This document shows positions 26,501-37,047 of a stretch of 64,000 bases of DNA, in pieces (the stretch's first letter is position 1; every line of letters begins with the position of its first letter). The notes under the pieces are model-generated. The model worked only from the letters and a program-made list of their open reading frames with translations, had not been told where the DNA came from and searched no databases. The position numbers were made by a program, and so were the translations under genes. Location: assembly GCA_022605425.2 (NCBI GenBank), contig CM061247.1, positions 1,612,001 through 1,676,000 of the forward strand. Direction: 5' to 3'. This DNA comes from Hamiltosporidium tvaerminnensis FI-OER-3-3. Lineage: Eukaryota > Fungi > Microsporidia.

Positions 26501-28721
26501 TCATTAATTTCAGACATTTTTTTATTTTCTATTTTTTTCTATTTTTTTCATTTAATTCGTTAAAATTCGAGGTTATTAAAGATGTACTCATAGATCCAGT
26601 TAGTTAATATCTTATCGGAAATTCAATTTATTTACGCACATTCTACATAATATTTGCTAAACAGATGGTTCTTAGGCGGGTATTCCTTTCCACCTTTTAT
26701 ATTTCAAAGCGCCTTCTTTTTGTCAAAAGTAGATAGAATATGAAATCATGGAATCAAGAAACCGTAAAAAAGTTTATTTAGTAGCAACTTTTCCTTTATC
26801 ATGCCTGAAATCAGGAAAAATAGATTTTAAATAGTCCACCTGTTATATACTTCGAAAATGAGAAGCTAAATGCTAAAATATGAGCGACTTCATAAAAAAA
26901 AGTAACTGCTATGACAGTAGCGTGATACAAGCCAATATTTTTTGACTTTAAATCTTGATTATCATAAAGACTTAAAATCAACAAATCAAGAAATGATAAA
27001 AAAAATTTTCGAGTGGAAACGAATCTAGATATTTATTAAAAAGTGTAAAGATTTCCAACCTTACTAGCCTATGAAGCTTAATGATGTAAGTCAAATTAAA
27101 GCTTAAAATTATTTCCGCTAAATAAATAATATATATCTTGTTGATTTGCAGAAATATTCAAAAATTATATGACTGTGAATGATCCTAAACATTCTAGATG
27201 TAAAGCCAGGTTTTAATCTGAGATACAATTGCAAATAAAGTTAAAATGTGGTGTTGCAAGCGCACTAGAAGAGAATATATTCTCAGATGATACGAATAGT
27301 ATTTTTCGAACGAACAATTATAAAAGGTTTGTTAATGAATGAATAAAAACGTTTGTCTGTATTAAAACATTTTTTTATTGCCAAAAGAGAAAATTTCCTC
27401 TAAATCAAAGGCAAGTTTAGAGATGAGACCAAAGAGTCTTACGTAAGCTTGGTATCAACCGAAGAATATTTATCTTAAATATATGAATCGATTTGTATGA
27501 GAAAATCGTTCTATACTACAATCAAAGTTAATCTAAAACAGTGATTTTTACCTTTTCAAATGAGCCACACCCCTTTGACTCTGAAAATTGGTCCCAGCAC
27601 CCACAAAGAAAAAATGTTTCTTTTTTTTCTATTTGTTACAAAAAAACCACGTTCAAAATTTTGTAGGAGCTTAAGCTTTTGACAGGGGCTTCTGTCGCAC
27701 TCCAAAAAATACTTTCTCGCATCTTTGGTTAAAAACCGCTATTCGAAACGATTAGAAAAACACCATTGGTAAATTTAGAAGTCAAATACACCAAAAAGCT
27801 GTTAAATACAAAGAGAATGCGCTTTTCTAATAATATTCGAGTTAAACCAATGTTGAAATCCTGATCACAACTTCGTTGTGCCATTAGATAATTTTAGAGT
27901 GAATACTTGGCATATTTCTAAAAACTCAATATTTTCCAACTGTGTTATATAAAAAAGAGATAAACATGTTTTGAGTATGAAAAGGTATACCAATGTGTAT
28001 TTACATCGTTTAAACTTAAATCCAGGGATGTAATTTTTCTAAATAGATGTTTAAATAGCGATTAACCAACAGAAAATGAAAAATCATGATTGAGTTTTGT
28101 CAGAAAACCTTTAGATGGTTGTTTCCGAAGTAGAAATTTTCGATTTTTTTATAGAATGCGACTGCAAAAACAATTATTTTTACAAAAATCATATTAAGAA
28201 GTATCATTATAAGGAATTATTTCTCCTCAAATACAACACAAATAAATAAAGGCTAGGTTATTAAGATAATGGTCTATAACTTCAAGAGAGCCTTGTATTA
28301 TTTTTTTCATTTTAATTTTTTATTGATTGAATGTTTTTCATCTTTTTACATTTCTTACAATCAGAAAACCAATAAAAAATAAACTATGGAACACAAAGAA
28401 AATGCTACAACTATAATTGGATTTTATCAATTGTATTTAGATGTGTAAACCTGCGGAAATATATCATTTAAGGTTTAATGAACAGTTTGAACGTGGTTGT
28501 GAAATCGGTTCGTCATTGAATCACAGATTTTCAAATTATTTTTAAACAATGATTTTTTAGTAAAACCAATCTCAATTAAGTTATTAAAAATAATTGTAAA
28601 GTAAAAAAACAAACCAAATTTACGTTTAGAATTTAAATTTTGACTCCCATTTTTTTAAAAAATAATTTATCTGTATTAATAAAAAAATCTTTAAATTTTT
28701 TTGTTACCAAATACTTTTAAA

Positions 28722-28724
28722 CCC
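28722..28724 (+). promoter_or_regulatory. Microsporidian CCC-like start-proximal motif (example shown)
   Basis: CCC within ~20 nt of the ATG after an A/T tract for eIF4G, RPB3, SPT5, SEL1, 36190, CysRS and 54788. Confidence 0.7.
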
Positions 28725-29453
28725 ATGAAAGTAGAAGTTATATCTTCAAACGATGAATCTATAAAATTCATTTTAAAAAATTCTTCTATTTCGTTTGCAA
28801 ACTCTCTAAGACGTGTTTTATTAAGCGAAGTGCCAACTATTGCAATAGATTTGGTAGAAATAGAAAAAAACAATACAGTATTACCCGATGAAGTTATAGC
28901 ACATAGATTAGGGCTTATTCCTATATATTCAACAAATACAGATCTTAAATTTCATAATGAATGTACATGTGACTCTTATTGTTCAGAATGTAGTATTTCT
29001 ATTGATTTGAGTGTTTCTAATACAGATGATGCTATAAGATTGGTCACTTCAAACGATTTATTTACTTCGTCTGACACACCGCTTTTTAAATTTTCAAAAC
29101 CACCTTTACTAGCTAAACTTTCTAAAAATCAAACTCTTAAACTCAAATGTATAGCACGTAAAGGAATAGCGAAGGATCATTCTAAATGGTGTCCTGTCAG
29201 TGTCGTTAGTTATGAATACGATAAAACAAATAAAAGAAGGGACACAGATTTATGGTACGAAGAGGATATAGAAAAAGAATGGGAAGGACTTAAACAAGAC
29301 GAACCAGACATTGGATTGGATATTACTGAAATAGAAATGGGTGTAGAAGTTATTGAAGGGGTATATGAACCTGTCTCAGTTGTAAGAGCTGGGTTAGATG
29401 TATTGAAGAACAAAGTCAGTAATTTAATTTATTTATTGGAAAATGAAGAATAA
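28725..29453 (+). CDS. RPB3: RNA polymerase II subunit RPB3
   Basis: FANSLRRVLLSEVPTIAID, NNTVLPDEVIAHRLGLIP, C-x-C-x3-C-x2-C Zn site, ARKGIAKDHSKWCPV; true start taken as cccATG at 28725. Confidence 0.95.
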   Translation: MKVEVISSNDESIKFILKNSSISFANSLRRVLLSEVPTIAIDLVEIEKNNTVLPDEVIAHRLGLIPIYSTNTDLKFHNECTCDSYCSECSISIDLSVSNTDDAIRLVTSNDLFTSSDTPLFKFSKPPLLAKLSKNQTLKLKCIARKGIAKDHSKWCPVSVVSYEYDKTNKRRDTDLWYEEDIEKEWEGLKQDEPDIGLDITEIEMGVEVIEGVYEPVSVVRAGLDVLKNKVSNLIYLLENEE

Positions 29454-29589
29454 ACTGTTTCTATTTCTTTACTTTTCAATTTGACATTTAAATTATTATT
29501 TCATACAAAGAACTAAAATTAAAAATTATTAAAAATAAAAAAGTCTTTTAAAAAAACGGTTTCCTAAAAAAAATATTCAAAAATGAAAT

Positions 29590-29775
29590 TAAAAAATAAA
29601 ATTAAAAGAAATAAAAAAAATGTTTAAAATCAAAAAGAAATAAAAAAAATTTAAAATAAAAAAAATTTTAAAATAAAAATAAAAAAAAGGTTTAAAATTA
29701 AAAAGAAATAGAAAAAAAATAAAATTAAAAGAAATAAAAAAAGGTTTAAAATCCAAAAGAAATAAAAAAATCAAA
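29590..29775. repeat. Degenerate A-rich tandem repeat between convergent RPB3 and SPT5
   Basis: aaaattaaaagaaataaaaaaa(a/g)gtttaaaat-like units recur about 3 times. Confidence 0.6.
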
Positions 29776-29821
29776 CATTTTTTTATTCAAACAACGAATT
29801 AATAAACAATAAATTTATTTT

Positions 29822-31711
29822 TTATTCTGACTTCGCTAATTTATCAACACTTACTTCTTTTACGCTTCCATTTCCAAAACGAACAATACAAACATCTCCT
29901 TTCATACTCAAAACAATTCCTTTCTCGTTTGTTTCTACAACACAGCATCTGTCAAAAACAACAGGTGGTGCATATTCTACATCACTTATATCAAATTCTT
30001 TACCGTTTCTAGTAAAATATGTAGATTTGTACAATTTCTCTACCACGTCAAACCCATCATCAGTCTTCAAAATAATTCCTTTATAATTATTTTCTTGGTT
30101 GGAAAATTTATTTGAATATCCCGGTGTTTGACTCCCCAAAGACTTGTTTGTCGTGGAATATCCCGGTGTTTCTCCTGTATATTTATTTGACGTAGAATAT
30201 CCAGGAGTTTCCCCAAATTTATCCTTATATCGATGACTAGGTGTCTTATATCCAGGTGTTTCACCAAACTTTTCTTTATACCGATGACCAGGTGTCTTGT
30301 ATCCCGGTGTTTGTCCATACATATGGCCAGGCGTTTTATACCCCGGGGTTCCACCATATTTTTCATTAAAAATATAATTTTTACTTCCCTCAAATCCACC
30401 AACTTTCTGAACTTTGTCTCTTCCTATATTAACGTATTTCAAATTACTATTCAACTGAACTCTAAAAGTATCTCCATAACAATCTTTAACCACTCCTTTA
30501 TATCCTTTGAATTCTCCTTCTTGAAGTAAAACTTCTTTGTAAAGAAACGGATCCCTTTTTAACCGCTGTCTCGGTACAGAAGAATTTTTTATTATAGTTG
30601 GAACGGTATTTGCAAGTCTGAGAAAATCAATTTTTACACTTTTTTGTTCCGTAAAATTATTGAAAGCAACAACCGCTGTAGAATTAGTAACATTTAAAAT
30701 TACGCCAGGTGTTTGTTCAAATACAACCAAATCGCCTTCTAAAAAATCTCTTTTTACAAACGAAGAATGAACCTGAATCAAATTGTTGCTATTTCGTTTC
30801 AAATAATTTTTATCTGTTTGATTATTATTAATTGTTCTTATAAACAGTTCCTGTCCACTCACACTTTCAACAATACCAACACTGTTAGTCATTTCTCCTT
30901 CCAATACTCTTATACGCTCACCAGACATTATTCCGTTTTCACAGAACATGCTCATTTCACTAAATGAAGGTTCAATTATTGTGAGTTGCGTGGAATCAAA
31001 AACTTTTTCTAAAAAACCGTTTTTGTAAATTTCTTTTTTATAAATAAAATAATCTTTGGTTTTAAACACTTCGTTGGGAAATTCGGTGGGTTCAAACATT
31101 TTTTTTGTTGGAAGTCTTGGCACAAGTCGTAACTTTGTTCTACCCGGTCCTTGAACACCAATGACTTGTCCGATATCGTTTTTGTATTTTCCTTTTCCTA
31201 TTCTCACATACATTCCACTTTTAAAAACAACATTTTCATCGGTTGCGGTACTGAGAGCATCTACCATCTCTTCAAGAGGAACAAGTGTAATACGAGCTCT
31301 GATATGCTCTTGTATGTGTTGCTTAGAGTAGGATTCGATATAAATGTAGCCAGGAAGATTGTCGCGACAAAAAAGCGATAAAATAGGAGAATTGGCAAAT
31401 TTCACCATCAGTTGCTGTAAAATACGTTTTTCTTTATGCGGTTTTACTTTTATAACCCAAAGTTTTGGTGATGTTTTTGTGGGGAGAAGATTCTGCTGCG
31501 CCATTTCTGATTCAACATATTCTTCTTCTACTTCTCCTTCTTCTAACTCTTCATCTACATCTTGATATTTCTTGATTAATTGATCGGTGAAATGCGTCCA
31601 GTCACGTGTAGCTACGGGTGAGGATGGTGTTGAATATGTTGATTCATACGAAGAAGAAGAAGATTCTTCGGCCTCAATATCTATAAATTCGCTATGCTTA
31701 TTTTTTGGCAT
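29822..31711 (-). CDS. SPT5: Transcription elongation factor SPT5
   Basis: Acidic N-terminus, NGN domain (LLPT..PKLWVIKVK, GYIYIES), KOW motifs (VRIGKGKYKNDIGQV; GEFKGYKGVVKD), C-terminal TPG repeats. Confidence 0.95.
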   Translation of the reverse strand: MPKNKHSEFIDIEAEESSSSSYESTYSTPSSPVATRDWTHFTDQLIKKYQDVDEELEEGEVEEEYVESEMAQQNLLPTKTSPKLWVIKVKPHKEKRILQQLMVKFANSPILSLFCRDNLPGYIYIESYSKQHIQEHIRARITLVPLEEMVDALSTATDENVVFKSGMYVRIGKGKYKNDIGQVIGVQGPGRTKLRLVPRLPTKKMFEPTEFPNEVFKTKDYFIYKKEIYKNGFLEKVFDSTQLTIIEPSFSEMSMFCENGIMSGERIRVLEGEMTNSVGIVESVSGQELFIRTINNNQTDKNYLKRNSNNLIQVHSSFVKRDFLEGDLVVFEQTPGVILNVTNSTAVVAFNNFTEQKSVKIDFLRLANTVPTIIKNSSVPRQRLKRDPFLYKEVLLQEGEFKGYKGVVKDCYGDTFRVQLNSNLKYVNIGRDKVQKVGGFEGSKNYIFNEKYGGTPGYKTPGHMYGQTPGYKTPGHRYKEKFGETPGYKTPSHRYKDKFGETPGYSTSNKYTGETPGYSTTNKSLGSQTPGYSNKFSNQENNYKGIILKTDDGFDVVEKLYKSTYFTRNGKEFDISDVEYAPPVVFDRCCVVETNEKGIVLSMKGDVCIVRFGNGSVKEVSVDKLAKSE

Positions 31712-31837
31712 TCTTTCTATTAAATGGGTTAATCTTTGAAAGAAAATTCTTTTTTAAAAAAAAAATCAAAAAATTTGTAGAAACATAATTTTTTTAAATT
31801 TTGAAAAATATGTAATGAAGATATTTAATTTTATTTA

Positions 31838-32045
31838 AAAAATTCATCTCTTGTAATAAATCCAGCTCTTTTTATAAAATTCATCTCTTTTTAATAAATT
31901 TATCTCTTTTTATAAATCCAGCTCTTTTTATAAATTTATCTCTTTTTATAAATTCATCTCTTTTTATAAAATTTATCTCTTTTTATAAATTTATTTCTTT
32001 TTAATAAATTTATCTCTTTTTATAAATTTATCTCTTTTTTATAAT
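31838..32045. repeat. ~19-21 bp minisatellite (ataaatttatctcttttt) about 10 units, upstream of SPT5
   Basis: Directly visible tandem units with variants ttcatc / ccagctc. Confidence 0.9.
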
Positions 32046-32789
32046 TTCTAGATATTTTAAATAACACTACTACTTATATTTAAGTGTTAATTAAGTTAAG
32101 TCTTTGAATATTTTATTTTAAACAGCTAAAAAATTTAAATATTTTTTAGAAAAAAAATGCATAAAATTAAATTCAGAGAAGAAAGGAGAAGAAGACAATA
32201 AAAATCAATAAAAATTTTTTTTAAATATTTGGAAAAAAATAATTTAATGTAGCAAATAAAAAAATTAGAAATAAGGAGGAATGTAAATAATTAAATTGGA
32301 TGAAATTTAACCCCTAAAATTGCTTTGAATTTTTGAAGCAGAAAACTTAGAAAATTTATATTATTTATAAAGATATTACTGTAATGGTAATATCTTTTCT
32401 ACATATTTGTGTTTTTTGCAAATATTTGAGTAATTAGAGGAATATTATTGAATCGTGATTTACTTTTGTCACATAGTTATGTTGCAATCAAATACCATAA
32501 GATGTATCTTAAAAAACTTCAAATACCAGTAAGAATAGAAGCATATATTTAGTCAATAGTACTCAAAAAGACAGTCAAAATTATTTCTTCTGAAGCAGAA
32601 GAAAATTATAGACAAAATAAATGATGAATAAATACAGTAAAATAAATAAATATATTAAAGTGATATAGGATATTCCTAATATCAACTTGTATGCAACAAA
32701 GTATTTCGATTATTAAAAATTCTTTTAAAATAAACTAAATATTTGATAAAATAGCAAATATTTACAATAATTTTGATATAATTAATTAT

Positions 32790-33022
32790 TTTTTATTTAG
32801 TTAATAGCTCGCTCCTTCCCTATAGATGGAACACAATCCAACGATGAATCATAGCTTCACCAAGTTATAGGCGTCCCAAAGACAATTTTCTTTTGATTGG
32901 TTAGGTTGTCAGTCTTACGCAAACTTTCCTAACGAAAGATAGAGAGTGCACCAATCGGGGATCTAACCTGGCCTTCTGAATTAAATTCCGATATACTCAC
33001 CACTAGACCATTGACGCCATAA
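32790..33022 (-). mobile_element. tRNA-derived SINE, copy 2
   Basis: 33017-32947(-) is a 71-nt cloverleaf GCGTCAA TGGTCTAGTGG ... GGTTAGATCCC .. TTGGTGCA; body shared with copy 1; flanking direct repeat aattaattat at 32780-32789 and 33023-33032. Confidence 0.8.
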
Positions 33023-34007
33023 AATTAATTATAGAGAAACAAAATGCATATAAATATATACAACTTAATAATATAAATATTTTTACATATATTTAATTAT
33101 TTTTCCTGTGAGTTTTGTCATATAAAAAAGATTTGGGTAATGCTTTATATTACTTGTTGGATATATCATCAATACTATATTTATCATTAAGGCTGTATTT
33201 ATAAAAACTCAATATCAAGAGTAATAAATTTCTTTACTAATAACTCTAAAAATACAAAAATTAAGCTTTTCTTAAAAACCTACTTGTTTAAAAAAAATAA
33301 AAACTGAATTAAAAATTCAATCCATATAAAAATTTAATAATAATATTCATATTGCGAATAAAATGAATAAGAAACTACTTTTTCACAAATCTTTTAAGAG
33401 AATCTATCTCTGAAAAAGAGTAAAGACTAAAATAAAATAATTTAAATCTTCGCTATTTACCGGTTGTTTTAAACGTATTTCCTACTTTATATGATTAAAA
33501 TATACAAGTAAGTGAATTTTAGATTAAAAAAAACAAAACTTTTTTTTGAAAAATATTTTAGTATCTGAAAATAAATCATCCGATTAAAAATCCTATATTT
33601 TAAATAATTAAATTGATTGAATTGATTACAAATTTGATTAATTTCAAATTGAATCAAATTTAAGATATTATAATAGTTTGGATTAAAGTTTTAAAGAAAT
33701 TTTTATCTGTAAAAATCATGACTTATTGATTTAATAAAATTGATTAGCAAATAAATAAATTTACTTTTTAAATATGTAAACATCCTTAAATATTTCATTA
33801 AGAATAAAGCAGTCTTTAAATTATTTTCATATCGTTTAATCTTTAAAATACAATTAAAACTACAAATTAGATAGATAGATATATATTAAATATCATGAAA
33901 TTGCACAATAAATTAGGAAAGTATTTCATACAAATCTCTGATATAAAAATCTTAAGAAAGAGAAATTTTGTTTATATAAAAAGACGAAAATAAAATAGAA
34001 TTTATAG

Positions 34008-34218
34008 TAATTTATAAAAACCTGGTATAAATTTATAAATTTATTTCTAAAAAACTGTACAATCTAATCTAAATTAATAGTTTCTCATAGCATTTTAATC
34101 TGGAATATCAATAATGAATAATCTGTAAAAAAACTGTACAATCTGATCTAAATTTATAATTTTATAAAAACCTGGTATAAATTTATTTCTAAAAAACTGT
34201 ACAATCTAATCTAAATTT
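34008..34218. repeat. Local duplication / compound tandem repeat 3' of the SEL1 gene
   Basis: aattt(t)ataaaaacctggtataaatttat occurs twice; aaaaaactgtacaatct(a/g)atctaaatt three times. Confidence 0.8.
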
Positions 34219-34399
34219 GCATGTCTTTTTAGAATATTTTAAATCTTAAAAACTAAAAGTTATTTAATCCGAAGAAATTACAAAAAAAAATAAAAAGGTA
34301 TTTTACACATAAGAAATCAAAGTTAAAAAAGGCGAATAAATTTACAAACACAGAAATATGAAATTATTTTTAAACAAAGAAACACAATTTTATTAAAAT

Positions 34400-35929
34400 T
34401 TATGTCTTAGAAATAATACGAGGATTAAATTTTAAAGCAAACAGTCCAATCAAACAAGCAAATAACGAAGAAATAAAAACACGTTTTCTCCAAAAGAATT
34501 GCACACAAATTTTAGAAATAAGTCTGAATTCTACATACCAAACAAGTAGATATGCCTTTGGTTCGTATTTCATAATTCTAGAAATATAATTTAAAGCTTT
34601 TCTAACGTCTTTTTCACATCCAAGTCCATTTTCGTACATATAAGCCACCGAATAGAAACCTTCTGGGTCATCAAGAAGAGAAGCAGACAAATAAATAGAA
34701 AAACTACGCGTATAAGATTTTTCTACACCGATTCCATAAAAATAGCAATCTCCCAATTTCACCAAATTATTTTTGTGTCCCATTTGTGCCAATCGATGAT
34801 TTAAATCAAAAATTATTTTATTCTGATTTTCTATCAACCCACTATGATTGTAAAGTAGAAACAATGCATTCTGCATAGAATGTATCGAACCCATTTCACC
34901 AGCAAACAACAAATACATCAAAGATGATTTATATTTTCTTTCTACAAATCTTTTTTCTGCTTTGTTTTGTATTTCTACAAGGTCTGTGCTGTAATCACAG
35001 ACAGAACAAAGATATTGAAGAGAAACTCTGTAATTCTTAGATTGATACAATTTCAAAGCATAGCTATAAATTGCAGGTAAAAAACCTTTATTTGCTGCAT
35101 TTAATAAATAAACCAATCCCATTTCTTCAACCATATAAACATCTTTAAAAAATTTATAAAGATTGTAATCTGCCTCAGCCAATCCTCTTTTAGAAGCTTC
35201 TTCAAAATACGCTTTTGCCGCCAAAAGATCGTTGTGACTTTCATGTAAAAATATTAAACCGAGTCCATTGTAACAGACAGGATCCTGTTTGTTTGCCCCC
35301 TCCATAAAATAATGCATCGCCGTAGTAAAACATTTTTCAACTCCTTTCCCTTCATAATACAACATTCCAAGAATTCCCATCGCTTTTTGATTTCCTCTTT
35401 CACTCAAAATTTTAAGAACTTTTAAATATTTTTCTGGTTCGATATGTCCACCTTTAATAAGTTTAAGAAAATTTGTTTCTGCTTTCGAATCCCCTGAACC
35501 AATAAGATACGTAAGGTGCTCAATTGTTTCGTACAAATATTTTTCTTTTTTTATTTTTTTAAAATTTCTCTTGGATTTTATGTCACTTCTTCTCTTTTCA
35601 AACACTTCTTTAACTTTTTCAGCAACTTTTATTGCCAAATCTGCTGTTTCCTTAAAATCAGAATTCAAACCAAATGAAAAGAACGAATTGTGCGAAAATA
35701 TTATTTTATAAAAGTCTTTACTACTTGTTTCACCTGCAATCAACCTAAAGAATGCTTCTTCTTGTTTCCCGTAAAATACTCTGTAAATAAAATAGAGATA
35801 TATTTGATCGTCTGGTTTTCCTAATGATAAAGCCATTTCTTCTGCTTTTTTTATATTACATTCTTCAAATAATATTTCTTCAATTTCATTTGTTCGTAAT
35901 ATATTAAACAGAAATAAAAAAAATATCAT
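34400..35929 (-). CDS. SEL1-repeat ER membrane protein (Hrd3/SEL1L-like ERAD component)
   Basis: Sel1 repeats (LGMLYYEGKGVEKC, LGDCYFYGIGVEKS, VAYMYENGLGCEKD); signal-like MIFFLFLFNIL at ATG 35929 preceded by CCC; C-terminal TM segment. Confidence 0.85.
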   Translation of the reverse strand: MIFFLFLFNILRTNEIEEILFEECNIKKAEEMALSLGKPDDQIYLYFIYRVFYGKQEEAFFRLIAGETSSKDFYKIIFSHNSFFSFGLNSDFKETADLAIKVAEKVKEVFEKRRSDIKSKRNFKKIKKEKYLYETIEHLTYLIGSGDSKAETNFLKLIKGGHIEPEKYLKVLKILSERGNQKAMGILGMLYYEGKGVEKCFTTAMHYFMEGANKQDPVCYNGLGLIFLHESHNDLLAAKAYFEEASKRGLAEADYNLYKFFKDVYMVEEMGLVYLLNAANKGFLPAIYSYALKLYQSKNYRVSLQYLCSVCDYSTDLVEIQNKAEKRFVERKYKSSLMYLLFAGEMGSIHSMQNALFLLYNHSGLIENQNKIIFDLNHRLAQMGHKNNLVKLGDCYFYGIGVEKSYTRSFSIYLSASLLDDPEGFYSVAYMYENGLGCEKDVRKALNYISRIMKYEPKAYLLVWYVEFRLISKICVQFFWRKRVFISSLFACLIGLFALKFNPRIISKT

Positions 35930-36189
35930 TTTTTGAAATTTAGGGTGAAAAACAAATAATTTTATTTTAAAGATGAAGTTTTTACTTCTAAGATGGTCCT
36001 TGGTAAATAAAAAAATAAATAAAATTAATGAAAGAATCAATGAATGAAGGAATAAATAGAATAATTATAAGGAAATCAAATTAAGAAGTTAAGATTATTT
36101 TTAATTCAACCCTTTCATAGCAAAATTTTTTTCTTCCAATCAGAGAAATACAAATATAGTTTTTTCATTCAAAAACCCATCTTTTTTAT

Positions 36190-37047
36190 ATGAGAAGTGT
36201 AGAACATTGTGACATGTTTAAAACTTTTGAATCACCAAAGGATTTTATAAAAATGTATATAAAAGTATTCGATATGCAAAAAGACACGCCATATAAAGTA
36301 TTTCTCAACGATACACCATATTATAAGGATTTTCATAGTTTATTTATAGATGATCTTTTTTCAAAGGTAAATTCATCTACGAATCAGAAAAAAATACGAA
36401 AATATTTTTTAGAAATAGAAAATATATTGCTTAGTATGAAAGATAGAGAATTTTATGATATAAACTTTTATAAAGATTGTATGAATATATATTTGAATGC
36501 TGTCACGTATTTGATTGATAATTCTGAAAGTGAAATAATGGAGTATAAAGATAAAGAAGTCGTTTGTTCAGAAAGGCTTGTTGATTCGTGTGTTAATTTA
36601 TTTGTATTTACTTCAAAAAATATTTGTTTGTATAATTTTTTTCTGAGAAATTTGTGTATGGATTTGAATGCTTCTTTTACAGATATAGTAACGTTTTTTG
36701 AGAAGATAAAAAATATTAAAAAAATAATTTTTGAAATAAATGAAAGCATTAGATCTGTAGAAATGTCTAAATATAAGGAAAAAGCAGAGCTTATGGCCAA
36801 AATTAACATATCTGATTTACTTATATCAGATATCAGAGTTTTACAGCATTCCTTTGATACATTTTTTCAAGAATTAATTTTTTTGATTCAAAAATATTTA
36901 TTAACTTTGCCAATGGAAGAGGCGTATTTGAAATCTATGAATTTTACTTCTGAAATGGTATTGAGTAATCTTGCAAACGAAGAGTTGGCAGAAAATATGA
37001 AAATATTTTCTTCTAAACTATTAATACAAGAAGAATCTAAAAAGTAA
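36190..37047 (+). CDS. Hypothetical protein, 285 aa
   Basis: Long uninterrupted ORF in AT-rich DNA; aaaacccatcttttttatATG start context; divergent from the SEL1 gene. Confidence 0.8.
   Translation: MRSVEHCDMFKTFESPKDFIKMYIKVFDMQKDTPYKVFLNDTPYYKDFHSLFIDDLFSKVNSSTNQKKIRKYFLEIENILLSMKDREFYDINFYKDCMNIYLNAVTYLIDNSESEIMEYKDKEVVCSERLVDSCVNLFVFTSKNICLYNFFLRNLCMDLNASFTDIVTFFEKIKNIKKIIFEINESIRSVEMSKYKEKAELMAKINISDLLISDIRVLQHSFDTFFQELIFLIQKYLLTLPMEEAYLKSMNFTSEMVLSNLANEELAENMKIFSSKLLIQEESKK

Noticed and set aside
27050-28250. Possible serpin-like pseudogene (FSNEPHPFDSENW)
   Set aside because: Only one weak motif among many stops; family cannot be supported.
28445-28470. gtaaacctgcggaaatatatcattt resembles the 3' end of SSU rRNA
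   Set aside because: Short imperfect match with no flanking rRNA sequence; chance.
32947-33017. Functional tRNA gene
   Set aside because: Mismatches in the anticodon and T arms, TTAG in place of TTCG, and it is embedded in a longer TSD-flanked repeat.
35930-36040. ORF-track upstream starts for SEL1 (36040) and RPB3 (28701)
   Set aside because: These are TTG starts; downstream ATGs have the CCC motif and give the expected N-termini.
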